Below the pieces are notes generated by a model. That model saw only the letters and a list, made by a program, of their open reading frames with translations, had not been told where the DNA came from and made no database searches. From Octopus vulgaris (lineage: Eukaryota): DNA of 64,000 nucleotides. The stretch covers positions 26,226,001 to 26,290,000 of the forward strand of contig OX597833.1 in assembly GCA_951406725.2 (NCBI GenBank), in the 5' to 3' direction. This document shows, one piece after another, positions 1 through 13,136 of the stretch. Every line of letters starts with the position of its first letter. The stretch's first letter is position 1. A program made the translations under genes and the position numbers.

Positions 1-545
1 TATAAACAATACGCTTGTATAGACCATTTCACCCCTTAGTATATACAGTACTCACCATAAAAATCATGGTGGAATGAAAAATTTAGTAACAGAAAGAGAG
101 AAGGGGGGATTGCAGAGTGGAGGGAGGGAGAAAGAGGAAAGAGAAATATATGAGGGAGAGAACGCTTTGTTTTAATTATATTCGTTTGAGAACTACAAAC
201 TCATTGAACGTTTGATCTCTATCAGGGCCCAGCGGGTCACTCTTTGCTGTATTTCTCTATCAAGAGGTAAAAAGGCATCATTCCGCGATCGCAACCGGTT
301 GATGGCTTCCATCCGAAGTTTCCAAAAGTGTGTTCCATATCCTTGCCAGCTGAGAACAAAAGCAAATGCTTCTAAACCACATGTTAAGCGTGTTGGGGAG
401 AAGTGATGATGGAATGTCTTCAGCGTTTTGCCTCAAGAACCTTTGTTAGAGTGAAGAACACAGTGAGAGACTAGCACTGCTGGTGTTACAATCTAGCAGA
501 CAAGTTGGCATGCCGTTTATATTAAGTTGTAGTAGTAGTAGTTGC

Positions 546-604
<59 letters not shown>

Positions 605-677
605 TAGTAAGGGCAGTGATGGTATGATTATGAGTGATAGTGGTAGTGGTAGTAGTGGTGATGGTGCGGGTGGAGGT

Positions 678-968
678 TGTTCCTCCATGCACTTGGTGTA
701 GGCCACCGTGTTGAGTATGAGGCGTGTGAGAAGATGAATGGAGGCATAACGTCGCCATCACTAGTGATCACTCCAAACGCCTCGATTGGATGTTTGATTT
801 TCATTACTCTCGGTACATATCTTCAGACTGACACCCAAACACTTTGAAATGTTCGCATTGGAGCTTCTGGTGCAAATGCCAAGCAAGTACAACTTGTCGT
901 TTCCAAATTTCTGGCAGAGTGAATTGGGTCATGATGCTGTGTTTCTCACAGGCGGTGCCCAAATGACC
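678..968 (-). mobile_element. Decayed, internally deleted Tc1/mariner-superfamily transposase fragment
   Basis: Minus-strand translation with frameshifts: ATG at 932 gives MTQFTLPEIWKRQVVL/LGICTRSSNANISKCLGVSLK (HTH-like N-terminus), then jumps to VPRVMKIKHP...FGVITSDGDVMPPFIFSH...LNTVAYTKCMEE, resembling the KHP-x-VMV-x-G-x-I-S-x-D-G...PPFIF block of DD37D/maT-like transposases. Confidence 0.6.
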
Positions 969-1552
969 CTACTATACTAAATAGTCGAGAAACTCTAAAA
1001 CAAACAATGTGCATGCGCGAAATTATATATATATATAATGGCGACAATTTACCCATCGCACCCTGAAAATATGGCACATATAATATGTAATGATGCATAG
1101 AATATGTAATGCTATAGTTAATAAAACCAACATACATACGCATATACAAACAAAATATAGTACGTAACATTTTATAGTGTATAGCAGTACCACATCAGGA
1201 TTTGACGAAAGAGCGTCGATTAAGTATTAGACAATATATAACGATATTTTTGTACGTCACTAATAGGCAATACATAATGTTCTGCAGTATATCGAAACTA
1301 GAAAAAATATAATGTACTGTAGTAGATGTATTAAAACATAATATGAAATGCTAGGAAGTAGGTGAGTAATAGATGACATACGACGGTGTAGAGCCAGTGA
1401 GTTATAAATAATGGTGTGGTTTTTGAGCAGGCGGAAGCTTACTGTTATATAAAGAAATAATGTGGATATTAGTATGTTGTATGTAGAAGATATTGTAGTC
1501 TATATCGTTCATTCTCTCTTTACTTCACTTCTTGCCTTTGCTTAATATTTCC

Positions 1553-1583
<31 letters not shown>

Positions 1584-1634
1584 TCTATATATATCTATTT
1601 ATCCATCTATCTATCTCTTGGCATATATATGTAT

Positions 1635-1701
<67 letters not shown>

Positions 1702-1736
1702 TAAATAAATAGATAGACAAGCAAACAAACAGACAG

Positions 1737-1781
<45 letters not shown>

Positions 1782-2204
1782 TGTGTGTGTGTGTGTATGT
1801 ATGTATGTACCCACAAACACACACACACGCAGACGCACGCATACACAGTCACATACACACATATATATATATGACACACTCGCCCACATACACACATATA
1901 CAAGTCAACAGTTAATGATCCACAACTATATTATTTTGTATTATGTGTGTTTCAATCTATAATTCATATGTAATAGGATCATTAATAGTCTATATGAAAA
2001 TTTCAGCGAAATATTGTTAGTGATCGTTAGCATACATAAAGTTACACACGCATACACACGCAAACATACATTAGAGTAATGGGAGAGTGTCTGCTTGCAA
2101 GAATGAAACCACCTGATACAATTAGCGACGCTATGGTAAGTGGTACCAATCCTCCACCATTGCCATTACATCGTATAATGTAACTATAATATATATATAT
2201 ATAT

Positions 2205-2722
2205 ATAGTGTAATAAATAAAGTATATGCATACATACATACATATATGTACGTACCTACATCTACATGTATAGATACATGCATATATAAATATATATACG
2301 TGAGTACAGGACACCACAACTAGACGTAGAACTCAACGAGAAACGAAAACGGAAAAACAAGCACGGAACAAACCATTTTTTTACACGCCTTCGAAACACG
2401 CTAGAGTTGAACTAGGGACAGCTGATGAAGGGGATTTTTCCTTGTGTAGTTGTCTTGTACTCTGTTTTTCTGTTGTAAAAAAATGGTTTGTTCCGTGCTT
2501 GTTTTTCCGTTTTCGTTTCTCGATGAGTTCTACGTCTAGTTGTGGTGTCCTGTACTCACGTATATATATTTATATATGCATGTATATATACATGTAGATG
2601 TAGGTACGTACATATATGTATGTATGCATATATTTTATTTATTACACTATTGTATGACAGCGCCCTCGCGTCGATTCGATTCGATTCGTTCGTTTCGTTC
2701 CGTTCTTATTCTCCAAGTACTG

Positions 2723-2724
<2 letters not shown>
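2205..2724. mobile_element. Penelope-like inverted pseudo-LTR unit (fold-back, ~180-bp arms) in (TA)n
   Basis: Arms 2205-2385 and 2474-2650 are near-perfect reverse complements. The spacer holds hammerhead core pieces CTTCGAAAC (2389-2397) and CTGATGA (2422-2428). A non-repeated extension runs 2651-2724. (TA)n on both sides. Arm sequence resembles 35600-35700, which adjoins a GIY-YIG remnant. Confidence 0.7.
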
Positions 2725-2775
<51 letters not shown>

Positions 2776-2845
2776 TATATAAATACATGTATATATGTAT
2801 GTGTATGTATATATATATGTGTGCGTATGTATATATATATGCATG

Positions 2846-2896
<51 letters not shown>

Positions 2897-3747
2897 TATA
2901 TTATGTTATATTATGTTGTATCATTTGTATGCATAATATATTACAGTGAGTGTTTTTGCATTTCCTCAACCGTCTCAAAAACGGAAAGTATTTCTACCAT
3001 TACTTTATATAATAGTTAGCACATCTGTCTAGTCTATCCTATGACTGTGCTGAGGAAGTGAGCGCGAGCGGGCGAGAGATTGATATACGCGTGTGTGTGT
3101 ATGTGTGTGTGTATGTGTGTGTGTTTGTGTGTGTGTGAAATGTGAAAAAGATGGGAGGGAAAGGAGACTATGTTAGTAAATGTTTTGTTTTGATCACATG
3201 ATTTAATTACAAGGGCTTCGTTGAGCATCTAATGCCGTAGAGGGAACCATCAGTTCATTTATTCCAGCAAATCACATTATCACGAGGGAAAAGTTTGAGA
3301 GGGCTGGTCGTATATATGAGACATTTGCTATCTCTGATTCCTCTAGTGGGGAAATATCTTCAATTGCAGCTTCTTTGGAATAGTTCTGTGCATCGTTGAG
3401 AGATAAGAGTAGGAACTCATGTTAAATCGAATGTTAAATGTTTGCAGCTTAATTGCGTTGGAATTTCTCCTGCGTTCGTTTCATCAGAGTGATATGAGGA
3501 ACGTGTGACATATAACGGGGATGACTTAATACCGTGTTAATAATGTTGGCTACATCTAATGGGTAGAATTTATCGAGTCAACTTTTCTTATGGTGTCAAT
3601 CAATAAGTACCATGCTAATACTAGAGTGACCTCCTCTTCCTCTTCTTTCGCTCCTCTTCTTTCGCTCCTCTTCCTTCGCTTCTTCTCTCTCGTCTACCCC
3701 TCCTTGTAGTTCTCATTCCTCTGTATGTGTGTATGTTTGTATGCATG

Positions 3748-3778
<31 letters not shown>

Positions 3779-4232
3779 GTATGTATGTATGTATGTATGT
3801 ATGTATGTATGTATGTATGTATGTATTTATGTATACATTTATGTATATATGTAGGCCATTGTTTAGTTTTATTTCAAGATTTCTTCTCAGTAGAGAAAGA
3901 GCCGGTTTCTAACCTTGATCCAAGGGTCATTCATTGGAATTTCAACATCAAGAACAAGGTATTTTTGATTGCATGTATGAATATATGTATATATATATAT
4001 GTATGAATTTATGAATGTATCTATGTATGTTCTCTTTCACTTTCTAATTTTAGAGTAAATTTTGCCTGGCCACCTGCTTGGAAGCAAGCTTGTGAAGGAA
4101 AGCATCTTGTTTCAACTACCATCCTTTAGACATTATCAAGGTATTGTACATTTTTCTAATCCCACATATCGTAACCCTTTGTAGTATATGAATTAAGGAT
4201 TATCTATGTATGTATGTATGTATGTATGTATG

Positions 4233-4263
<31 letters not shown>

Positions 4264-4329
4264 GTATGTATGTATGTATGTATGTATGTATGTATGTATG
4301 TATGTATGTATGTATATATGTATGTATAT

Positions 4330-5215
4330 TCTCTTAATCATTTAAATTCTTCCTATAAGAAAGGAGTTGGTTTCTCACAAAGACACAAAGCTCATCTTTG
4401 GAATGTAAATAACAAAATCAATGTCATATTTTAATCATGAGAAGAATCTTGCATAGTTTTACTGTTCGGCTTACAGATTGCATTTGTAATGTGCACAAAT
4501 CCAAGTGCACCAATTATTATTAGTATAAATCTGGATATGGAAGTGTAGGTTTCGAAACAGTTATGCAGTGTTTTTCTCTTTCTCTCTGATTTTCGAAGAG
4601 ACATTCATATCAGTAAGTCATATGACCTCTGTGACAGTACACACTTTCTCTTCTCTGTCTCAAACAAAAATATTCGGCCTTCTATATTTTCACACGACAT
4701 GTTTTGATGGAAATGATCCACCAGTACTCCTACGGTTGACGTTTTTATATACATTTATTAACAAAGGGATTTCCTATATTTACTCTATGTCAGTGTGTTT
4801 TCTACGAATGGCAATGCATACTGTTTTTTCGAAAACGTCGTTTCGCATTGATGAGTGACGGCTTCCACAGAAATGCGACATAATCTCCATTTTCGGTTGC
4901 ATCATGGAACTCCGAATACTCTATTGTCTCTTTTGTTTATGAAGTATTTCGTAGCAATCTCCTACCTTTGGTCTGCGAGTGTGATGTGATGTAGCGGTAA
5001 CGAGTCCAAAGGAGCTGTGACTCATGTCAATATTTCTACCTTATTTGAAGTCTTCAGGAAACATACCCACTCCCAATTTTTAGGCATATGAATCTTTTCA
5101 CATCTAGGCCTTCATTGAGGTGTATTAGGGATTGTATGGAAAGAAATAATGAAGAGAATCCTTCCCGAAGAGCTCACATTCGACACGTAAGTTTATTCTC
5201 CTCTTCAGAACAAAA
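4330..5215 (-). mobile_element. Highly decayed RTE-like LINE 3' portion with (CATA)n tail
   Basis: Minus-strand remnants such as ITLQTKV-like and a YKCNL*...FFS* zinc-knuckle-like C-terminus near 4440-4490. The putative 3' UTR (4345-4432) is similar to 3880-3966, and both are followed on the minus strand by (CATA)n arrays (4205-4325, 3725-3845). Confidence 0.4.
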
Positions 5216-5230
5216 TTCATACCTACATTC

Positions 5231-5261
<31 letters not shown>

Positions 5262-5652
5262 TGTATGTATGTATGTATGTATGTATGTATGTATGTATGT
5301 ATGTATGTATGTATGTATGCATGCATGCATGCATGTATGTAAGTACGTATAGAAGTAAAATTAATTAAATTGGAATACCCTTATGTTAATAAATTATCAA
5401 AAGTTTCTTTAGAAACTCTTTCACCAGAAAAAATAAAAATTTGAACTGTTGAACGAGGGGTCAAGCTGTACAGAGAAGTTAACGCGCGCGTACACTTCAT
5501 TGTGATAGGTTCGTCTTGTTAGATGATGGCAGTGTCATGGAGGACCGATCTGCATCCTTGTATTACGGAGACATCCTTTGGGTATTCTTTACAAATTATG
5601 GAATGATATATACATATATAACAATAACAACAACAATAAGAGCAACAACAAA

Positions 5653-5740
<88 letters not shown>

Positions 5741-5975
5741 TTAATGATAAAAAAGTGACAACAAAAAAATGAGACCTCGATATCAGATAAACATTGTCTT
5801 ATTTATGTATAATGTCAGTAGGTCTATTTCCATTAATAGCCGACGAGAATGTATCGTAGCTCTTCGGTCCGATATTCGAAACTCCGAGTACTAATAATGA
5901 CAAGTTAGTGTTCGTTCCAAATTATAACACACACGTATATACATACATACATACATACATACATACATACATACA

Positions 5976-6011
<36 letters not shown>

Positions 6012-6712
6012 TATATTGTATATATATATAATGCAGCACGAAGTTTTCTCAGTGAACAGGTCGCGGTTTCAAAGCGACGGAAATATTTTGACACAAATGA
6101 AATTTAAATGCTAAAATGAGACTAACGGTATTTGTGTGTTCTTGAATGGCTTACAGATATCTTCCACTCTTTTATTGCTTTTGTTTCAACAAACGATCTT
6201 GGATCAAGTCACTTTGCAAGTAGTTTTCAAATAATAGGCTGTTGGTTGTCTTCTTAAATAGTCATGTGACCTATTTATATATATTTATATATATATATAT
6301 ATATATATATTGTTATATCACAGGATGTTAGCTTTTTCTCTAGCCAAATATGCACATGCACTATATACTGGTTAGTTACTCGTTTGTTCTTCTTGTTTTA
6401 TTTTATGTCCATTGCCTGGAAATTCTTCGTTACATATCCAGGACCTTGTCAGCGATTCTTGCATCCACGTGTTTCCTACTATCCTGTTTAGTCCGTTCTC
6501 ATGGATATACGATAACATTAGAACAATGATAAACGAGTGGAGAACGAATATATATTGATATGTTTTTTTGACAAGAACAATAACCATTCCGAAATATAAC
6601 AATATCTGTTTCAACACACGATTACACACCAAGAATCTTGCACAAATTCATAAACTTGCAGATATACTTTTATATATATACACACAGATATGTGCGTATA
6701 TACATATATACT

Positions 6713-6762
<50 letters not shown>

Positions 6763-6787
6763 GTATCTTTGTATATATATACATATA

Positions 6788-6839
<52 letters not shown>

Positions 6840-6865
6840 AATATGTTACATTACACGATAGTCAA

Positions 6866-6928
6866 GATAAAACTCTGAGTTTCAGATGCCGAAGTGGAAA
6901 TCTACAACATCCATCTCTTCAGGTTATC
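6866..6928 (-). ncRNA. Degenerate type I hammerhead ribozyme (PLE-type)
   Basis: Minus strand reads GATAA c CTGAAGA GATG...CATC t GAAA CTC a GAG TT TTATC: core boxes present, stem II GATG/CATC, stem III CTC/GAG, stem I GATAA/TTATC. Confidence 0.6.
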
Positions 6929-7094
6929 TGGCTATTTGAAAACGCTATGAAAAAATACCGTTATATAAAGGGAAATTACTGTGTTATAACTCAGCTTACC
7001 TGCGTACTTATACATCGCTCGCATTTTTCGTCATAAAAATTATATAAAAATACATAAAAAATATATAAAAATATATAAAAATATATAAAATCTT

Positions 7095-7230
7095 CTTGGG
7101 ACATAACATAGAAAGCATGTTCTAGTTTTCTTTAGGGGGCCAAAAACGTAACAGAAATTGTCTAAACACAAGGACAGAACTTTTCGGATCATGCCCACAT
7201 GTGACTAAATTTCTGTATCTGATGATACAC
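7095..7230 (+). mobile_element. C-terminal remnant of Penelope-like element GIY-YIG endonuclease
   Basis: One frame reads HNIESMF*FSLGGQKRNRNCLNTRTELFGSCPHVTKFLYL, matching the E...LNxRxE(L)xxxCxH C-terminal signature of Neptune-type PLE endonucleases. It lies back-to-back with the minus-strand hammerhead at 6866-6928. Confidence 0.6.
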
Positions 7231-7931
7231 ATGAATATGTATATCTGAGTGTAATTCTATTAGCTCGTAGGTTAGGTTCCTTGTTGGTTAAATATTAATA
7301 TTATAATGGCACTGGATTTATTACGTAGAAAAGATATATATTTATAATATAAAAAATTAATCTATACTTTATAACTTAGCGTACATGCGATTATAGCAAA
7401 TTACGGTGAAATCAGTAATCGTTATGTTGACTACAGAAAAAACCGGTGTTCACATACTGAGTGTACCCTGCGAAAATAACATTCGATGTCGTGATATATA
7501 ATTATATGTATCTTTAAAACAAATATTTTATGGAAATATATGAGTGGATCTATTTTGTTAATTTTGTGGCATGTTTTTAGTTTTGAGAAGCTGAATGGCT
7601 GCATGGATAGGATTATACCTCTTTTATTATTCATTTATTTATTTATTTATTTATTTATGTGTTGGACTGGGTTTGTGGATATGTATGTGTATGAGTGTAT
7701 GTGTGTGTGTATACATGTAATTATGTATGTATGTGCGATTGATCTGTGGATGTGCGTGTGCGTATGTGCGTTTCTTGACTAACTAACCGTAACATTTCTT
7801 TTGTGATTCAAATTTTAAACTATAAGCCAATCGAATTAATCTAGAATAATCAATATTAAGCGGACAGAATAACCAGACTCTTAGTTATGTCGATATCCGA
7901 TGGATGTACTTGGTGCAGACATAAATGTATC

Positions 7932-7962
<31 letters not shown>

Positions 7963-8321
7963 ATTAATAGTAATTATTATTGACTTTTACAGGTTTATAA
8001 TTTTATGAACTGAAATGTGGTTTTTTATTATTATTTTTCATGTATAGGTCTGATTTTAATTTAAATGTGAGTGTGCATATATTTTCCTGTGTGTTAACTT
8101 TTAGAACTATTAGCTCAATATGTAGAATAATTTTGCTTACTAATATATATTGATATATATTTTGTTTTATTTTGTTTTGTTTATCTTGTATTATTGTATT
8201 AATGAATATATATATATATGTATGTGTAGTATTATGGTGTCTATGCACACGTTTTTATATTTTACCTTTTTATATTTATATGTATATGAAAAACTTTTTT
8301 CACAATTATAATTTATTAAAT

Positions 8322-8432
8322 TCTCTGAAGAGGCCGTGGGGCATCCTTGTTAATGTCTCATTTATACCTGCCTTATATGGTTTATAGGTTAAATGAGGCA
8401 TGATTGCCCTTACTGCCGAAACAGCTGTCAGA
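8322..8432 (+). ncRNA. Type I hammerhead ribozyme with long stem II, canonical core
   Basis: TCT CTGAAGA (8325-8331) GGC...GCC GAAAC AGCT GTC (8427-8429) AGA. Stem I TCT/AGA; palindromic stem III ACAGCTGT; stem II extends through GGGGCA/TGCCCT and TGTCTCATTTA/TAAATGAGGCA; GUC cleavage triplet. Confidence 0.8.
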
Positions 8433-8764
8433 TATGATATAATTACATATTATATTTTATATTTTATATTTCTATTTCCTTGTCTAATTATATTTACAAT
8501 ATATTTTGTATAATGCCTTTACTGTTATGTAATGGTGTAATAAAGTATTGATTGGGTATCATCTGATGGTTCATGTTTGATTGATTTAAGTATGTTTCTC
8601 CATTTTCTAATTTTGTAGTATTAATTTACGGTAATATTTTTACCTTTGCCCATATAATACAGTAGATGGACTAATTGCTTGGTAATTTTTAACATTTATG
8701 TATTAGTCTTTTTGGGTACCTCTCTAGCAGTATATTGGATATATATTATCCCATGGTGGGTTGA

Positions 8765-8847
<83 letters not shown>

Positions 8848-8907
8848 GAAACATACATATATAAATACATACATATATATAGATATATACAAATATATAT
8901 ATATATA

Positions 8908-9068
8908 GGGAAAGTTTACGAAAATAAACAAAAGACGAAGACAGGTGGTGTACAAAACAAACAGATGTATTAGTATAACGCTCAGGAATAGAAAAATTAT
9001 TTTACGTGTCGAGCCTACGCTCTTCTACAGAAAGGTACACAGAAAAAAACAAGGAGAGAAAAAAAGGA
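8908..9068 (-). mobile_element. Short PLE/retrozyme-like repeat, family A copy 1, with variant hammerhead (8999-9034)
   Basis: Homologous to 32364-32530 and, in opposite orientation, 56535-56708. Minus strand: CTTT CTGTAGA A GAGC gtag GCTC GACAC GTA AAAT. Flanked by (TA)n-rich tracts. Confidence 0.65.
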
Positions 9069-9094
9069 CACATAAATATATACATACATACATA

Positions 9095-9156
<62 letters not shown>

Positions 9157-9560
9157 TTCATATAAAAATATATGAAGATATGAAGTCACAGACAAATCGC
9201 AAACGGCCATTCTCAAAGTATTTACAGCAGAAACGAAGTAAATCCGAAGCAATTCTTTTCAAATACACTCCAATGGCCGATTGTATTATGAAAGACGCTT
9301 ACATCGTAGCAGAACAATTGTCAACGTATCTAATGGCTGTTGTAATTTGCATATCATTTGATAACAGCTCTGATACTGATTTTTCCTCTAAATTATCATA
9401 GAGAACCATTCATGTAGACATATTTTGCACAATGCTGCTTACGTTTGTGTCACATGTATACTTAGATACATGTCAGATATAAAAATTCTATAATATGGCA
9501 TATAAGCCTTTATTTGCGTATGTGTATATGTGTGAATGAATATGTGTGTCTGTGTGTGTG

Positions 9561-9618
<58 letters not shown>

Positions 9619-9986
9619 ATATATATATAAGGTCTTTATTTAGCTGTGTGGCATCTACCGCGGTATCGTTTATTCTAACCGAAGATCCACGTTTAAATGG
9701 GAATAAATATTACCTCTCTGTGTTGATATCATAATTATAAATATGCACAAGTACACGGACACATGCACATAAACATACACACGCATACATACACATATAC
9801 TTATATATTGATGCGTTTAGGCGTTTATGTGTGTATTCATGCATATTGTTGTGTATGAATAACTTCTTTACTGTATTTCTGTCTTAGTATGTATATATCT
9901 AGCAAACTGTCTCCTCGTCCGTCTCTCAGTCTCTGTCCCTCTCACACTGAATATCCACAAACTTGTTTATATAAATTTTCAATCAA

Positions 9987-10232
9987 TGCACCCTTTTAAA
10001 ACCTAGCCAGGCTCATGGGCCCGGTTTCCCGGTTTCAATGGCGTATGTGTTCTTCAGCTGGACGGGACGCCAGTCCATCGCAGCGTTACTCATTTTTGCC
10101 AGCTGAGTGGACTGAAGCGACGTGAAAGGAAGTGTTTTGCTCAAGAACACAATGCGTCACCTGGTCCAGGAATCGAAACCACAATCTTACGATCATGATG
10201 CTGACACCCTAACCACTAAGCCACGCGCCTCC
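9987..10232 (-). mobile_element. tRNA-derived SINE
   Basis: Minus strand begins GGAGGCGCGTGGCTTAGTGGTTAGG (A box), then GGTTTCGATTCC (B box), then a conserved-domain-like body (TTCTTGAGCAAAACACTT...GCGATGGACTGGCGTCCCGTCCAG). Confidence 0.8.
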
Positions 10233-10254
10233 GCATATAAATTTTAGATACACT

Positions 10255-11135
10255 TAAATGTGCTTGACCAAAGATTGGTCCAGGCCATGTCTAACTTAAT
10301 AGCACCACTGAACAGGATTTGCTAAATCCTTTTTTAAGATTTCTGGTATCATGGCCCATTCAAATAGGGAGTTCTCGTTGAGTGAGTTATATCCAGTTAT
10401 ATGTGACTTCTGGTATCCCTTGAAGAAATTTGTCCAGATTCCGTTTGAAGATGATGTTATCTTTTCGTCTTTTATTTGTTTGGGGGCAATGTGAAAAGGG
10501 GCAGGGCAAATTCGGGAAAAGAAATTGTGTTGCAGTGTATCTATGTATTATGATACTGAATTGTATAGGGGACGTATAGCACGAACTCCTTGTTCTAGAT
10601 GAATTCTGAAACTAACGTTAAGGTCGATTTAGCAATGCTGGTGGTATGTTCTCCACATTGTACAAATGCTGTATCGCTCACGGCAGCGCTGGAGAGAATA
10701 GACTTTCAATGCTTTAAGGTGATCAGTCATGCCATTAATTCTTTCAGTGAATGCCGTCTGGGGTGAATCAATTGTCCAAATATTTTATTTTGTGGTGGGA
10801 GATCACAAGGGGCAGCAGTATTCTATGTGTGACCATACAAAGGAAGAGAAAGGAGGAATGATGACACCTTTTTCTCTGGACCGGAAAGTGGTTAGGATCC
10901 AAGATCAAATCTTACGAGCTATATCGACTTTATTGTTGATGTGGGCACTCCAGCGGAGATTTTTTCAACAATTATACCTAGGTCAATATACAAATCAGAA
11001 TAATTATACGATATATATTAACTTTGTTAATTCGAGTAATTCAAAGGGATAAAGTATGGGGTTAAACCACTCGTTAAACCTTGACATATGGCACCTCACT
11101 TTCAAGCGGCAGCAGAGATCCAAGATATGTTTGGG
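10255..11135 (-). mobile_element. Decayed CR1/L2-clade LINE, 3' part of ORF2
   Basis: Minus-strand remnants DLGIIVEK/LRWSAHINNKVDIARKI*SWIL, FVWSHIEYCCPL*SP, LKALKVYSLQRCRERY and FKRNLDKFLQGIP match CR1-type post-RT motifs (DLGV, RPHLEY..WSP, LYSLQRRRERY, FK..LDKFL). Multiple stops and frameshifts. Confidence 0.8.
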
Positions 11136-11264
11136 AATCTATTAATACACACATATACATATGGAATACACATACTCACACACACACACATACACACACA
11201 CATGCACATGTGTGCATATATAATTTATCAAATCCATTAGTAAATAGAAAATAACGAACAAAAC

Positions 11265-11458
11265 CTGATATTTGGGGGCAGAGGGATGGATGGTTGATTA
11301 CATCGCCACTAGAGCTTGACTAGTACTTATTTTATCGACTCCGAATGGATGGAAAGGCAAAGTCGACCTCCATGGAATTTGAACTCAGAATGTAATGAAG
11401 GACAAAATGCCTCTAAGCATTTTGCTTGGCTCGCTAACGATTCGGCCAGCTTGCCGCC
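11265..11458 (-). mobile_element. SINE family S1 (GGCGGCGAGCTGGCAGAA... head, Nin-like domain)
   Basis: Minus strand GGCGGCAAGCTGGCCGAATCGTTAGC...GAGTTCAAATTCC (B box)...GGTCGACTTTGCCTTT...GTCGATAAAATAAGTAC. Same family as the other S1 copies listed. Confidence 0.75.
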
Positions 11459-12171
11459 TGATATGGAAAATAAATAATAAATAAACGCATTAAAAAATAT
11501 TGAATAAACTCTGCATTTTTAGCATCAATGTTGCTGCGGGTGGTGTCTTAATGGTAATGATGAAGATGATGACGACGACAGACAACGGGGTGATGAGGAT
11601 GGTGAAGTTCAATAGACCCGAATCATTAGATTCTGACAAGAAAACACAAGATCAAAGGCGTTCGATCTTATCTTTAATCGCGATATCAACGACTTCCTCA
11701 ACCGATATATTCTTTCCATATTTAAAAGGAGATTGTGTGTGGGCTTGAAGGTGGGTTGCGCTGTATTTTCGCATCGCAGGTGCTATTGTCTTTATATTTC
11801 GTCGTCTTTCTGGTATCCAAAGACATCTATCAATAAATGAAGTGAATTCCATCCATTACACCGCCCACCCAGATGGGTGACTGTACACCTAATTTAAAAA
11901 TCAATATTACTCAAAAACATATACACATACATGCAAACACAAACACACACATGCATACACACACATACATGCATGCAAACACAAACACACACACACACAC
12001 ACACATACATACATACACACTCATGTACACGCATATACATATGGATACACATATTCACACGCACACACACGCGCGCACATGTATGCATATATAATTTCTA
12101 TAGATATGTTTTATATATAATCAGCACACACAAGCGCACGAGCGAAAAAGCTCACATACATATATTGCATA

Positions 12172-12224
<53 letters not shown>

Positions 12225-12397
12225 TAAAATTCCTTCTTGAATTGTAGCTTAATCATAAATGGCAACTAAATAAGTAAATCGATATTAAGTGTGGCAAGAG
12301 TATGGTATGAGATTTTCAAACATCGATGGAGAAAATCGATACAAAAATTATTAGATAATACTCGCTAGAGCTTGTGCATATATGTACATATATATAC

Positions 12398-12505
<108 letters not shown>

Positions 12506-12758
12506 AACACTGTAACTCGATGCATATCGCATAACAGCATAAAACAATAAATAATAGAACGTAAATATTGAAAAACCCTTTTAGATACGAAAAGTCGAAG
12601 TCTGCCCGTGGGACCAGATCCTATACAATCTTATACGATGGGTTTCAGCATCCAGTATTCCAAATAAAGAAAAGAATTATTTCACGTTCTCTTGAAAGTT
12701 CCTAGAATTCTGATACCTATACATATGTGCATGTATCTATTAATGTGTTTGTACATGG

Positions 12759-12810
<52 letters not shown>

Positions 12811-13136
12811 ATGTGTGTATCTAGATATATTACTTTTTGAATTATCTAACAAGATTATGTATTGCACAATGAGAAAATTAACCAATCGTGTCAGAGAATG
12901 CACTGTTATGCGAATTAGTCTAAAACAATGAGAATAGTAGATTGCATATACTACAAATAACTGAAGGCTAGTTTTCCTCTTCTTGGACTGAAGTGAGTAA
13001 TTCTTCCACTGACCAAAGTTTGGCAAAATCTAAAATCCTGTTCGATTTTAAACCACCACGGATTTGTTCATGGAGAGATAACATTTATGACCTAGAACAT
13101 TTAAACCACTGGATTAGTGTTGTATTTTTTGAGATA

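Noticed and set aside
3470-3495. Isolated CTGATGA boxes (also 45257, 35848, 55892)
   Set aside because: No correctly placed stem II, GAAA, stem III and NUH; expected by chance.
9987-10232. tRNA gene (A and B boxes)
   Set aside because: No acceptor stem or Pol III terminator after the B box, and it continues into a SINE body.
11652-11852. Non-repetitive minus ORF MEFTSF...NISVEEVVDIAIKDKIERL
   Set aside because: An in-frame stop lies just upstream, and all frames from the nearby acceptor-like TTAG close quickly. There is only a faint resemblance to hAT C-termini, too weak to call.
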